Positions 9,645 to 17,772 of a DNA stretch of 20,000 nt are shown piece after piece. Under the pieces are notes generated by a model. That model saw only the letters and a list, made by a program, of their open reading frames with translations. It ran no database searches and was not told the DNA's origin. The stretch comes from an uncultured virus (IMG/VR IMGVR_UViG_2757320830_000006). Its lineage: Duplodnaviria; Heunggongvirae; Uroviricota; Caudoviricetes. A program made the position numbers and the translations under genes. The stretch's first letter is position 1, and each line of letters begins with the position of its first letter. The stretch is from the IMG/VR virus record IMGVR_UViG_2757320830_000006, one strand, 5' to 3'.

Positions 9645-11549
9645 ATGGGATTCAGATTCAACGGACGGACATCCCAGAGCTTCGGCCTCGCCACACGGCA
9701 GACGAAGGAAAACAGGATGCCGGACTTCACCAACAACACGGTCACCGTCCCGGGACGCGAGGGCGTGTTCGACTTCGGCGAGACCATCGGCGAACGCAAG
9801 ATCGAGATCTCCTGCTTCATCCCGCCGGGGAAAACGGACGAGGAGTTCCTCGCCCGGAAGGACGAGATCATCGCCTGGCTGAACCCGGACAACGGCCTCA
9901 AGGACCTCATCCTCGACAAGGAGCCCGGACGCGTGTACCGGGCGAGGCTCGAAGGCGGCTTCTCCTTCGACAAGGCCGTGCGGAACTCCTGCACCTTCGA
10001 CCTCACGTTCCTGTGCCCCGACCCGTACGCCTACGCCGAGGCGGACGAGACCTACGAGTTCACCGAGCCCGGCACCTTCACGGTGAGCCGGAGCCTCGGG
10101 AACGCGGACTCCCTCCCGGTCTACTCCCTCACGGCGGAGCTCACGAAGGAAACGAAAGCCGTCATCACCACCAACGGCAACGCGCTCGAAATAAGCGGAA
10201 GGCTCGCGAAGGACGAGATCCTCGTGATCGACTCCTCGCTCATGACGGCAATGGTTACAGACCAGGATGGCAACACGCTCCGAAACGGCCTGCCGCTCGT
10301 CAACAGCCTGGACTTCCCGGAGTTAAAGGCCGGGGAGAACACGCTCGTGATCGACGCGGACATCAGCACGACAAAGGCCGTGAAGAAGCTCAGCACGCAG
10401 GACGCGTTCACCGGGCAGGTGCCATCCTCATGGGGAGCGGACGGCCTGTGGCGGTTCAACGAATCCGAACCGGACTCATCCACGAGCCTCACGGACTCAT
10501 CCGGCAAGGGACGCAGCGCCGTGATCAGCGGCTGGAGCGGGACGACCGCAAGCCTTCCGACCGGGCGCCTAGGACGGTCCTTCCGTATGAACATCAACGA
10601 CCCGCCGACCGAGAAGACCTACCTCAAGGTGACGAACGACGGCACGATCTTCCAGACGTTCGGCGAGACGATCGCCGTCGGCGGATGGTTCATGCCGACC
10701 ACCTACTCGGTCGGGAACACGTTCTGCCCGCTTTTCAACACGCGCTACGGCCCGGGCCAGCCGATCCTGTACCTGTCGCTCCTGTCCGGGAAACCGAGGA
10801 TCATGCTCTACGATTCGACCGGCACGCTGATCCTCGACAAGTCCGTGACGCCGTCCTTCACGTTGGAGAACGCCGCCTGGTATTTCATCGCCTGCCTCAT
10901 CAAGCCGGTTGCCAAGACCGCACAGTACATCCTCGGCAGCCGGAGCACCGGCGCGGTCTGGGAATCCGACGTCCTCGGCTTCACCGGGACGCTCAACGCG
11001 TCCTGCACGGCGGACCTCGTCTGGGGCATGCACGCCGACTCCTACTGGTACGCGGGGAACTTCGACGACTGGTTCCTCGACTGCGACTCCGACCTCACCG
11101 TGGACGATATCTCCCTGTGGTTCAGGGAATCCCTGTCCGCGAACGCCGCCGACTCCGACGCCATCGTGGACGGGCTCACGACAGAAGACGCCGTGACCCT
11201 GAAAGCCACGAGCGGCGCGTACCCATCGTCCGGGACGCTCACCACGGCGGCCGTCACCTACGGGATCGAAGGCACCTGCCTTGTCTCCGTGGACGCGGAC
11301 CTGCCGGACGGGACCGGGATCGGCGTCGAGACCTCGACATCGGACGACCTCATGGCGTGGAGCGACTGGGCGGCGACCGGGGATGACGGAAGCGTCAAGT
11401 CCGCGGCGGGACAGTACATCCGCTTCCGGCTCACGCTCGCGACGACCGACACATCCACGACGCCGACCCTCAGAAGCATCAGCCTCTCCGTGCCGGGGGA
11501 ATCGGCGTTCAGGAAACTCGTCATCAACGCGCACAGCAGATGGAGGTGA
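9645..11549 (+). CDS. dit: Distal tail protein (Dit) with an inserted LamG/ConA-like lectin module
   Basis: Dit N-terminus (FRFNGRTSQSFGL..VPGREG..FLCPDPYAY), galectin-domain pattern (LVIDS..FPELKAGENTLVI) and terminal ..SRWR. The insert has GLWRFNE..DSSGKGRSA..WYFIAC..GNFDDW typical of LamG-like domains. Confidence 0.85.
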   Translation: MGFRFNGRTSQSFGLATRQTKENRMPDFTNNTVTVPGREGVFDFGETIGERKIEISCFIPPGKTDEEFLARKDEIIAWLNPDNGLKDLILDKEPGRVYRARLEGGFSFDKAVRNSCTFDLTFLCPDPYAYAEADETYEFTEPGTFTVSRSLGNADSLPVYSLTAELTKETKAVITTNGNALEISGRLAKDEILVIDSSLMTAMVTDQDGNTLRNGLPLVNSLDFPELKAGENTLVIDADISTTKAVKKLSTQDAFTGQVPSSWGADGLWRFNESEPDSSTSLTDSSGKGRSAVISGWSGTTASLPTGRLGRSFRMNINDPPTEKTYLKVTNDGTIFQTFGETIAVGGWFMPTTYSVGNTFCPLFNTRYGPGQPILYLSLLSGKPRIMLYDSTGTLILDKSVTPSFTLENAAWYFIACLIKPVAKTAQYILGSRSTGAVWESDVLGFTGTLNASCTADLVWGMHADSYWYAGNFDDWFLDCDSDLTVDDISLWFRESLSANAADSDAIVDGLTTEDAVTLKATSGAYPSSGTLTTAAVTYGIEGTCLVSVDADLPDGTGIGVETSTSDDLMAWSDWAATGDDGSVKSAAGQYIRFRLTLATTDTSTTPTLRSISLSVPGESAFRKLVINAHSRWR

Positions 11550-11554
11550 CAGGA

Positions 11555-12928
11555 ATGTCAGACCAGACAAGCCTTGTCGTCATGGACAAGGACGACAACC
11601 CGGAGGCCGTGCTCGAAAACGCCTACGACATCATCGCCACCGGCGAGATCAACGGCATCGACACGCTCGAATTCAACCTCCCGTTCCGCGACGGCAAACG
11701 GCGGCATCTCGAAAACGAAAAACAGATCTCCGTCGGCGGCGACACCTACCGCATCCGCACGATCACGGACGAGAAGAACGAGCAGGGTACCGCCATCACC
11801 TCCGTGTACGCCGAGGCCACGTTCTACGACCTCGGGTTCTCCGTCAAGAAAACGGAGCAGACCTTCAACGCGGACACGGCGGACGTCCCGATGGCCTACG
11901 CGCTGCAGGACACCGGCTGGGCGCTCGGGACCGTCAACATCCGCACGAAGCGCACCTGGACATCCACGGAGAAAAACGCCCTCGCGATCCTCCGGAAGGT
12001 GCAGGACCTCCACGGAGGCGACCTCATCTTCGACAACAAAAACAGGACCGTGAGCCTTCTGACCTTCAGCGGCACGGACTCCGGCGCGCTCTTCTGCTAC
12101 AGGAAGAACATGAAGTCCATCAAGCGCGTCATCGACACGCAGAGCCTCATCACACGGCTCTACGCCTACGGCAAGGACGGCATGACCTTCGCGTCCATCA
12201 ACGACGGCAAGGAGTACGTCGAGGACACCACGTACACGGACGAGATCCGCATATCCACGCTCGACTGCTCGAACTTCACGAACCCGTACCAGATGCTGGA
12301 GTACGCCAACATGCGCCTCGCCGACTACGCAAGCCCGCGCATCTCCTACGTCCTGAACGCGATGGACCTCTCCGTCCTCACCGGCTACGGGCACGAGACA
12401 TGGAAGCTCGGCGACATCGTGACCGTGAAGGACGACGAGCTGGACCTTTCCATCAAGACAAGGATCGTGCGCCGCGAATACAACCTCCGCGAACCGTGGA
12501 ACACCGTCCTCGAACTGTCGACCACCCTCCGGGAGCTCGGCGACTCCTCCTCACAGTGGGATGCCGCCGCCGACACGCTAGCCGGTGCGAACCTCGTCGA
12601 CAGCCAGGAGATGAAGGACCTTGTCCCGTTCAACCATCTGAGAAACTCAAGAGCCGACTCAGGATTTTCTTACTGGGAGAATTCCGGATTCGAGGTGGAT
12701 ACGGAAAACGGCGTCTCCGGAACCGCATCCTTCAAATGCGAAGGAGCCCTCGTCACCACGAAAAGCCTGACGCAGACCGTGATCCCGGCAAACCGGGACA
12801 GTTACACCTTCTCCTGCCAGATCGCGTCGGACGACCTCACGATGGGCGACAATGGGCAGGTCGGCGTGGAGGTCACCTTTGAATACGAGGACGGGACGAC
12901 GGAGACACGGTTCATCGACCTGATGTAA
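11555..12928 (+). CDS. Tail-associated hub/spike protein (Tal, prophage-endopeptidase-like family) ending in a partial CBM-like domain
   Basis: GGAGGT at 11542 supports ATG 11555. EINGIDTLEF, YRKNMKSIKR..ITRLYAYGKDG, KLGDIVTVKD..RIVRREY; follows Dit. Confidence 0.85.
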   Translation: MSDQTSLVVMDKDDNPEAVLENAYDIIATGEINGIDTLEFNLPFRDGKRRHLENEKQISVGGDTYRIRTITDEKNEQGTAITSVYAEATFYDLGFSVKKTEQTFNADTADVPMAYALQDTGWALGTVNIRTKRTWTSTEKNALAILRKVQDLHGGDLIFDNKNRTVSLLTFSGTDSGALFCYRKNMKSIKRVIDTQSLITRLYAYGKDGMTFASINDGKEYVEDTTYTDEIRISTLDCSNFTNPYQMLEYANMRLADYASPRISYVLNAMDLSVLTGYGHETWKLGDIVTVKDDELDLSIKTRIVRREYNLREPWNTVLELSTTLRELGDSSSQWDAAADTLAGANLVDSQEMKDLVPFNHLRNSRADSGFSYWENSGFEVDTENGVSGTASFKCEGALVTTKSLTQTVIPANRDSYTFSCQIASDDLTMGDNGQVGVEVTFEYEDGTTETRFIDLM

Positions 12929-12941
12929 AGGAGGAACCCAT

Positions 12942-13136
12942 ATGGCTTCGTTTTCACATGTGGCGCAGGCGGTCTCCCCGCAGAACGGGCGCGTCAGCAA
13001 AATGCGGATCCGCATCTGCGTGACCGACTGCACCGGAACCATTCACATCACGGACATGCTCCTTCAGGGCGGCTCCATCGCGACCGGCTGGGTCGGGCAC
13101 GTCAGTGAGATCAAATGGACTGAGGACGGTGAGTGA
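12942..13136 (+). CDS. 64-aa tail-tip protein resembling the C-terminal strands of a CBM-like jelly roll
   Basis: Strong RBS AAGGAGG at 12928-12934. DCTGT..TDMLLQGGSIATGW; paralogous to the N-terminus of the next gene. Confidence 0.8.
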   Translation: MASFSHVAQAVSPQNGRVSKMRIRICVTDCTGTIHITDMLLQGGSIATGWVGHVSEIKWTEDGE

Positions 13137-13138
13137 TC

Positions 13139-13720
13139 ATGCCGGTATTCACAAGGTTCACGGAAACCATCCGGAAAAAGGAAAAGAAACGCATCGTCAG
13201 CGTAACCCTGAAACCGCAGGTGAAGGACTGCACGGGAACGGTCTGGTTCACGGACCTCATACTGCAGGAAGGAGACCGCCTCTCCGGATACGTCATCAAC
13301 ACCGAAACGCTCCAGAAGACATACGCGACCGGGGACGAATACGCGGTCTCCGGGAAACGTTTCTACAACGGCATCGTCCGCGGAAGCATGACCTGCGTCA
13401 TCTTCAACCTCGGCAAGACCACCGTCGGGCTCGACTGGAAGATTACGCCCAATCAAAACATGAAGGCCGGAAGCATCTCCCTCGCACTCGGGGCGGGCGC
13501 GCACAAGGCTACCTTCACCCATGCTGCCAGCGCAGGTAACGAACTGTCCCTGCTTGCGTCGACAAGGGAGTGCCTGAAAAACGGCTCGCCCACCCCGAAG
13601 GACGGGTTCTTCCAGTATTCCGCCGCCGGGGACAGCAAACACCCTGTGACGGTCGGGGACAAGAAGTCAGCGCGGCTCTACGTGGAGTTCCGGGAAATGG
13701 AGGACGGTGATCTGATATGA
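13139..13720 (+). CDS. Tail-tip protein: half-CBM segment plus probable Dit-galectin-like domain (alternative start GTG 13133)
   Basis: Coupled to both neighbours. N-terminal DCTGTVWFTDLILQEG; C-terminal part has a Dit-C-like pattern (FNLG..WKITP..GNELSL..LKNG..FF..AGD..LYVEFRE). The fold call is inference. Confidence 0.75.
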   Translation: MPVFTRFTETIRKKEKKRIVSVTLKPQVKDCTGTVWFTDLILQEGDRLSGYVINTETLQKTYATGDEYAVSGKRFYNGIVRGSMTCVIFNLGKTTVGLDWKITPNQNMKAGSISLALGAGAHKATFTHAASAGNELSLLASTRECLKNGSPTPKDGFFQYSAAGDSKHPVTVGDKKSARLYVEFREMEDGDLI

Positions 13721-16191
13721 GTCTGGATATTCTCAAAGGCCGCAAATGCATGGTCTGGACGTTCATGGGAAACGCGAGGATGTACACCGCCCTCAAAAAA
13801 TACGGGGATCGCCTGTCACAGGTCGGTCTCTTCTCCTTCAAGGTGGGCGCCACCGGGACGATCACGGAATCCGGCGTGGCAATCAGCGACATGCTCACCT
13901 ACGTGAACAAGTACCCGCACATCACATGGCTCCTGACCGTCCGGAACGACGGAACATCCAGCGTGTTCACCGCACTCCGGGAAAACACGGACGGCGCGCA
14001 GGACACGTTCCTGACGGAACTCGTGCGAATCATGGAGAAATACCCGTGGTGCGCGGGCGTCGACATCGACCTCGAGCGGGGCGGCGACTATTCCACGCAC
14101 ACCAAGTCCACTGCCCTGTTCCGGAACATCTGGAACACTGTCAAAGCCTATGACAGCAAGAAGAAGGTCAACATCTGCCTTCCCGGCATGAACTCGGTGA
14201 ACGGATCGGTCGGCGGCGAGAACTGGTGCGTCTATGCGGATCTGGACCCGTACTGCGACACGGCGGCCATCATGAGCTACGGCATGGCGTGGGCAGGCTC
14301 CGCTCCCGGTCCCGTGTCCCCGAAGGACTGGCTGGACGGAATCTACGACTACGCCTCCCGCGTCATGACACCGGCCAAAGTGTTCATGGGGCTTCCCGCC
14401 TACGGATGGAACTGGCAGATCTACGACACGCCGGAGAACCTCGGCGAAACCTACCGGGGCGTCTCCAACACCTACTATGCGGCGAAGAACTGGATGACCG
14501 GCAAGTACAACTTCACGGACGACAATGCCCCTCAGCCATTCATCCCGATCCTCGCGTACTGGGACGACTACAACAAGGTGCCCTACGCCTTCCCGCAGGT
14601 CTACGACTTCATGGAAGGCCGCGACGCCGCGAGCTATGAGTACCCGCAGCTGAACGGCACCTACAACCGGCATCATTACCTGACCGCTTTCAGCAAGCAG
14701 CAGAAAGCCACGTTCGGCACGATCTATGTGGACCGCGACGGGACACCGGACAGCTACTCCGGCATCGTATCCAGTGAAAACGGCATCGCCGTCATGGGCG
14801 ACGACGGGAGCGCGACCTACCGTTTCACCATCCCGTCCCCCGGTACCTACGACATTGCCGTAAAACTCTGCTATCCCTTCTGGGACAAGAACGGCATCTA
14901 CGTGTCAATTGACGGATCGCAGAGTCATTTCACGGAGTTCCGTCTGTGGTGGCCGTACTGGAGAAGCACCTTCTGGGCGAGGCTCGCGGACGGGATGACG
15001 CTTTCCGCCGGGTCGCACACCATCACGGTGTCGGTTGACGTGAAGGGCGTGCAGTTCTACGGGTTCCGCGTCTGCTCGACGTTTTCCGAAGCGCCGTCCG
15101 CGGGCTCCGCATCCTTCACGCTCTCTCCCCGGAAGTTCATCGACGTGGACGGGAACGAATGCCAGCCGGACAAGGGCTTCAAGCTCACGACCGAGGTGCT
15201 CCGCAGGAAACCCGACTCCGCGCTCATCTGGTACGCGGACTTCGAGGACTACGGCATGCTCGACACCGGCTACTGGCAGACACTGTCCGGCTCGTGGAAG
15301 ATCTGGCGGGAGGACGAATACTCCGAGGAGCGCGTCTACTCGCAGCTTGACGGAAGCGGTAAATTCGCATGGAACTACGACGGCTTCCGCGACATCCACC
15401 TGCGGGCGCGTCTCGCGTTCCCCTCCGGGAGCACCGGGCGCGCCGGCGTCTTCTGCGGGAGTCTGTTCTGCTGCCTGAACCACGACACGCAGGCCGTGGA
15501 GCTCTGGAACGGAAGCACAAAACTCGGAAGCTACAGCCAGAGCATCAGCCCGACAAGAACAACCGACCTTCGGGCCGATCCCACGATGTACACCATCGAG
15601 ATGCGGATCCGGGGAAGCACGGTGCGCGTCTATTCCGGCGCGTCCTACACGCTCCGCTTCACCGCGAGCGTCAGTGGATTCACCGGCGGCGAGGCGGGAT
15701 ACCAGAGCGACAACCGGACCGTGTGTGAGCTTCTCCGCATGGGCGATGCATGGACCTACGAGCCATACGAGCGCTTTGATGTCACGTTCCCTGACGGCAC
15801 CGTCACGCAGTACGGCAGGATCAGCCGCACGGACTGCACATGGGACGATGAGTTCCAGGTGTTCACGCTGACCTCCGACGTGGAGGAGCCCGACACGAGA
15901 AGCGAATCCATCTCGATGGACTACGAGTTCTACCATTCGGCGCAGCTCAGCCTCGAATGCGGAAACGACTACACGGTTACCATCACGCCGCTGGACATCA
16001 ACATCTGGCTGTCGCGCCTGTTCCTCGGAGACGCGGACGGGTTTTCGATCCTCTACTACCAGGACGTGGACTCGCTCGTCTACTGGGCGAATCAGGCGGC
16101 CTACCGGTGGGGACTTCGCGGGATCGCGATCTGGTCCCTCGGACAGGAGGATCTCAGGCTCTGGGAGGCGCTCCCAAGGCAAACCGGATAA
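13717..16191 (+). CDS. Glycoside hydrolase family 18 protein with a large internal insertion; probably virion-associated
   Basis: GVDIDLE (DxDxE at 14062-14076), IMSYG..GSAPGPVSP..W, KVFMGLPAYGWNW, and C-terminal YYQDVDSL..WGLRGIAIWSLGQED closing the barrel. Confidence 0.88.
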   Translation: MSLDILKGRKCMVWTFMGNARMYTALKKYGDRLSQVGLFSFKVGATGTITESGVAISDMLTYVNKYPHITWLLTVRNDGTSSVFTALRENTDGAQDTFLTELVRIMEKYPWCAGVDIDLERGGDYSTHTKSTALFRNIWNTVKAYDSKKKVNICLPGMNSVNGSVGGENWCVYADLDPYCDTAAIMSYGMAWAGSAPGPVSPKDWLDGIYDYASRVMTPAKVFMGLPAYGWNWQIYDTPENLGETYRGVSNTYYAAKNWMTGKYNFTDDNAPQPFIPILAYWDDYNKVPYAFPQVYDFMEGRDAASYEYPQLNGTYNRHHYLTAFSKQQKATFGTIYVDRDGTPDSYSGIVSSENGIAVMGDDGSATYRFTIPSPGTYDIAVKLCYPFWDKNGIYVSIDGSQSHFTEFRLWWPYWRSTFWARLADGMTLSAGSHTITVSVDVKGVQFYGFRVCSTFSEAPSAGSASFTLSPRKFIDVDGNECQPDKGFKLTTEVLRRKPDSALIWYADFEDYGMLDTGYWQTLSGSWKIWREDEYSEERVYSQLDGSGKFAWNYDGFRDIHLRARLAFPSGSTGRAGVFCGSLFCCLNHDTQAVELWNGSTKLGSYSQSISPTRTTDLRADPTMYTIEMRIRGSTVRVYSGASYTLRFTASVSGFTGGEAGYQSDNRTVCELLRMGDAWTYEPYERFDVTFPDGTVTQYGRISRTDCTWDDEFQVFTLTSDVEEPDTRSESISMDYEFYHSAQLSLECGNDYTVTITPLDINIWLSRLFLGDADGFSILYYQDVDSLVYWANQAAYRWGLRGIAIWSLGQEDLRLWEALPRQTG

Positions 16192-16215
16192 CAGAATACG
16201 TATACCTGCGCACAT

Positions 16216-16250
16216 GGCTGCCCGCGATCACGCGGACGGCCTTTATTTAT
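16216..16250 (+). terminator. Probable intrinsic terminator between tail and lysis modules
   Basis: GGCTGCCCGCG-atca-CGCGGACGGCC (11-bp stem, one mismatch, one G-U) followed by TTTATTTAT. Confidence 0.68.
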
Positions 16251-16275
16251 GCCAATTTTCAAAGGAGGTCTACAC

Positions 16276-16686
16276 ATGAAGGAATTCTGGTCAATCATCC
16301 AGCTCATCTTCGCTGGAGTCGGCGGATGGCTCGGCTACTTTCTCGGAGGCTGCGACGGGCTCCTGGTCGCTCTCATCATCTTCGTGGCCTGCGACTACAT
16401 CACCGGCGTCCTGTGCGCCATCTCCGACAGGAAGCTCTCGAGCGCGGTCGGATTCAAAGGGATCTGCCGCAAGATGCTGATCTTCATTCTGGTCGGCATC
16501 GCCAACATCCTCGACATCCACGTGCTCGGCCACGAAGGAGTCCTGAGGACGGCGATCATCTTCTTCTACATCTCGAACGAAGGGCTATCCCTCACCGAGA
16601 ATGCCGCTCACCTCGGTCTCCCGGTGCCGGAGAAGCTCAAGAACGTACTGGAACAACTGCATGACAGAAACAAGGAGGAACAATAA
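16276..16686 (+). CDS. Phage holin (holin_4_1 / toxin-secretion-phage-lysis family), 136 aa
   Basis: AAGGAGGT at 16262 supports ATG 16276. Hydrophobic helices with DYITGV, KLSSAVGFKGICRK, FYISNEGLSLTENAAHLGLPVP; directly before the lysin. Confidence 0.93.
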   Translation: MKEFWSIIQLIFAGVGGWLGYFLGGCDGLLVALIIFVACDYITGVLCAISDRKLSSAVGFKGICRKMLIFILVGIANILDIHVLGHEGVLRTAIIFFYISNEGLSLTENAAHLGLPVPEKLKNVLEQLHDRNKEEQ

Positions 16687-16687
16687 C

Positions 16688-17650
16688 ATGGCAATCAAGG
16701 GAATTGACGTAAGCCACTGGCAGGGGAACATCGACTGGAGCAAGGTAAAAGCTGCCGGAATCCAGTTTGCCATCATCAAGGCAGGAGGCTCGGATGACGG
16801 CTTCTACACAGACAGCAAGTGGGAAGCCAATTACAAGGGCGCGAAAGCGAACGGCATCGCAGTCGGAGCCTACTACTTCGTCGGGCCGAAATGCGTGAAC
16901 GCCGCAGCCGGGAAAGCGGACGCCGAAAGGTTCATCCAGCTCCTCAAAGGCAAGCAGCTCGAATACCCGGTCTTCATGGACAACGAGGCACAGCCCGCCT
17001 CCGCAAAAGCCGGGATCACGGAGGCGACGATCGCCTTCTGCGAGACGATGGAAGCCGCCGGATACTTCGTCGGGATCTACGGCTCCACGGATTCCGGATT
17101 CCACGAGAGGATGGACGACTCCAGGCTCACCGCATACACCCATTGGGTCGCGCAGTACGCTTCGAAATGCACCTACTCCGGATCCTACGGCATCTGGCAG
17201 CATTCCTCCTCGGGACGAGTAAACGGAATCAGCGGAAACGTCGACATGGACCTGTCCTACGTGGACTACCCGTCCGCAATCAAGAACGGTGGCTTCAACG
17301 GATACGCGAAAGGCACGGCAACCGGCAACACCCCGGCAGCGCCCGCGAAGAAGTCCGTGGACGAGATCGCCTCCGAGGTAATCGCCGGAAAATGGGGAAA
17401 CGGCGACGACCGCAGGAACAGGCTCACCACCGCCGGATACAACTACAGCGCCGTGCAGTCGAAGGTCAACGAGAAGCTCGGGGCAACGGCAGAACAATCC
17501 GCCGTCTATTACACAGTGAAACGCGGCGACACGCTCTCGGCCATCGCAAGCAAGTACGGCACGAGCGTCTCCGCCATCCAGAAGCTGAACAGCTCACTTA
17601 TCAAGAACGTGAACCTCATCCAGGTCGGATGGCGGATTCGCGTGAAATAA
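16688..17650 (+). CDS. Endolysin: GH25 muramidase + CW_7 (Cpl-7-like) repeat + LysM, 320 aa
   Basis: AAGGAGG upstream supports ATG 16688. GH25: KGIDVSHWQGNIDW, VFMDNE, WQHSSSG..VDMD. CW_7: EVIAGKWGNGDDRRNRL..VQSKVN. LysM: YTVKRGDTLSAIASKYGTSV..NLIQVG. Confidence 0.93.
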   Translation: MAIKGIDVSHWQGNIDWSKVKAAGIQFAIIKAGGSDDGFYTDSKWEANYKGAKANGIAVGAYYFVGPKCVNAAAGKADAERFIQLLKGKQLEYPVFMDNEAQPASAKAGITEATIAFCETMEAAGYFVGIYGSTDSGFHERMDDSRLTAYTHWVAQYASKCTYSGSYGIWQHSSSGRVNGISGNVDMDLSYVDYPSAIKNGGFNGYAKGTATGNTPAAPAKKSVDEIASEVIAGKWGNGDDRRNRLTTAGYNYSAVQSKVNEKLGATAEQSAVYYTVKRGDTLSAIASKYGTSVSAIQKLNSSLIKNVNLIQVGWRIRVK

Positions 17651-17666
17651 CCACATCACCTTCTTT

Positions 17667-17712
17667 GGCCCACTGGCTTTCCTTTATCTGGGATTGCCGG
17701 TGGGTCTTTTTT
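17667..17712 (+). terminator. Intrinsic terminator ending the late operon
   Basis: GGCCCACTGGC (17667-17677) pairs with GCCGGTGGGTC (17696-17706), followed by TTTTTT. Confidence 0.8.
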
Positions 17713-17772
17713 CATTTCCGCTTCGTCAAAACGGGCCTCCAGCCTCCAGTGGAAAGCAGGAGGCGAAACATC

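Noticed and set aside
8732..11386. 884-aa alternative-frame ORF overlapping TMP and Dit
   Set aside because: Arg/His/Pro-rich shadow translation caused by strong C/G third-position bias; no RBS or recognisable motifs. The same applies to 11281..12882 and the long minus-strand ORFs.
12920..12944. Frameshift or readthrough fusing Tal to the 64-aa ORF
   Set aside because: It needs a +1 shift confined to ATG-TAA (a TGA at 12921 closes the other frame), with no slippery sequence; the downstream ORF has its own strong RBS.
16249..16278. Dual-start holin/antiholin (ATG 16249 vs 16276)
   Set aside because: The upstream ATG sits at the end of the terminator T-tract with no RBS; the only Shine-Dalgarno serves 16276.
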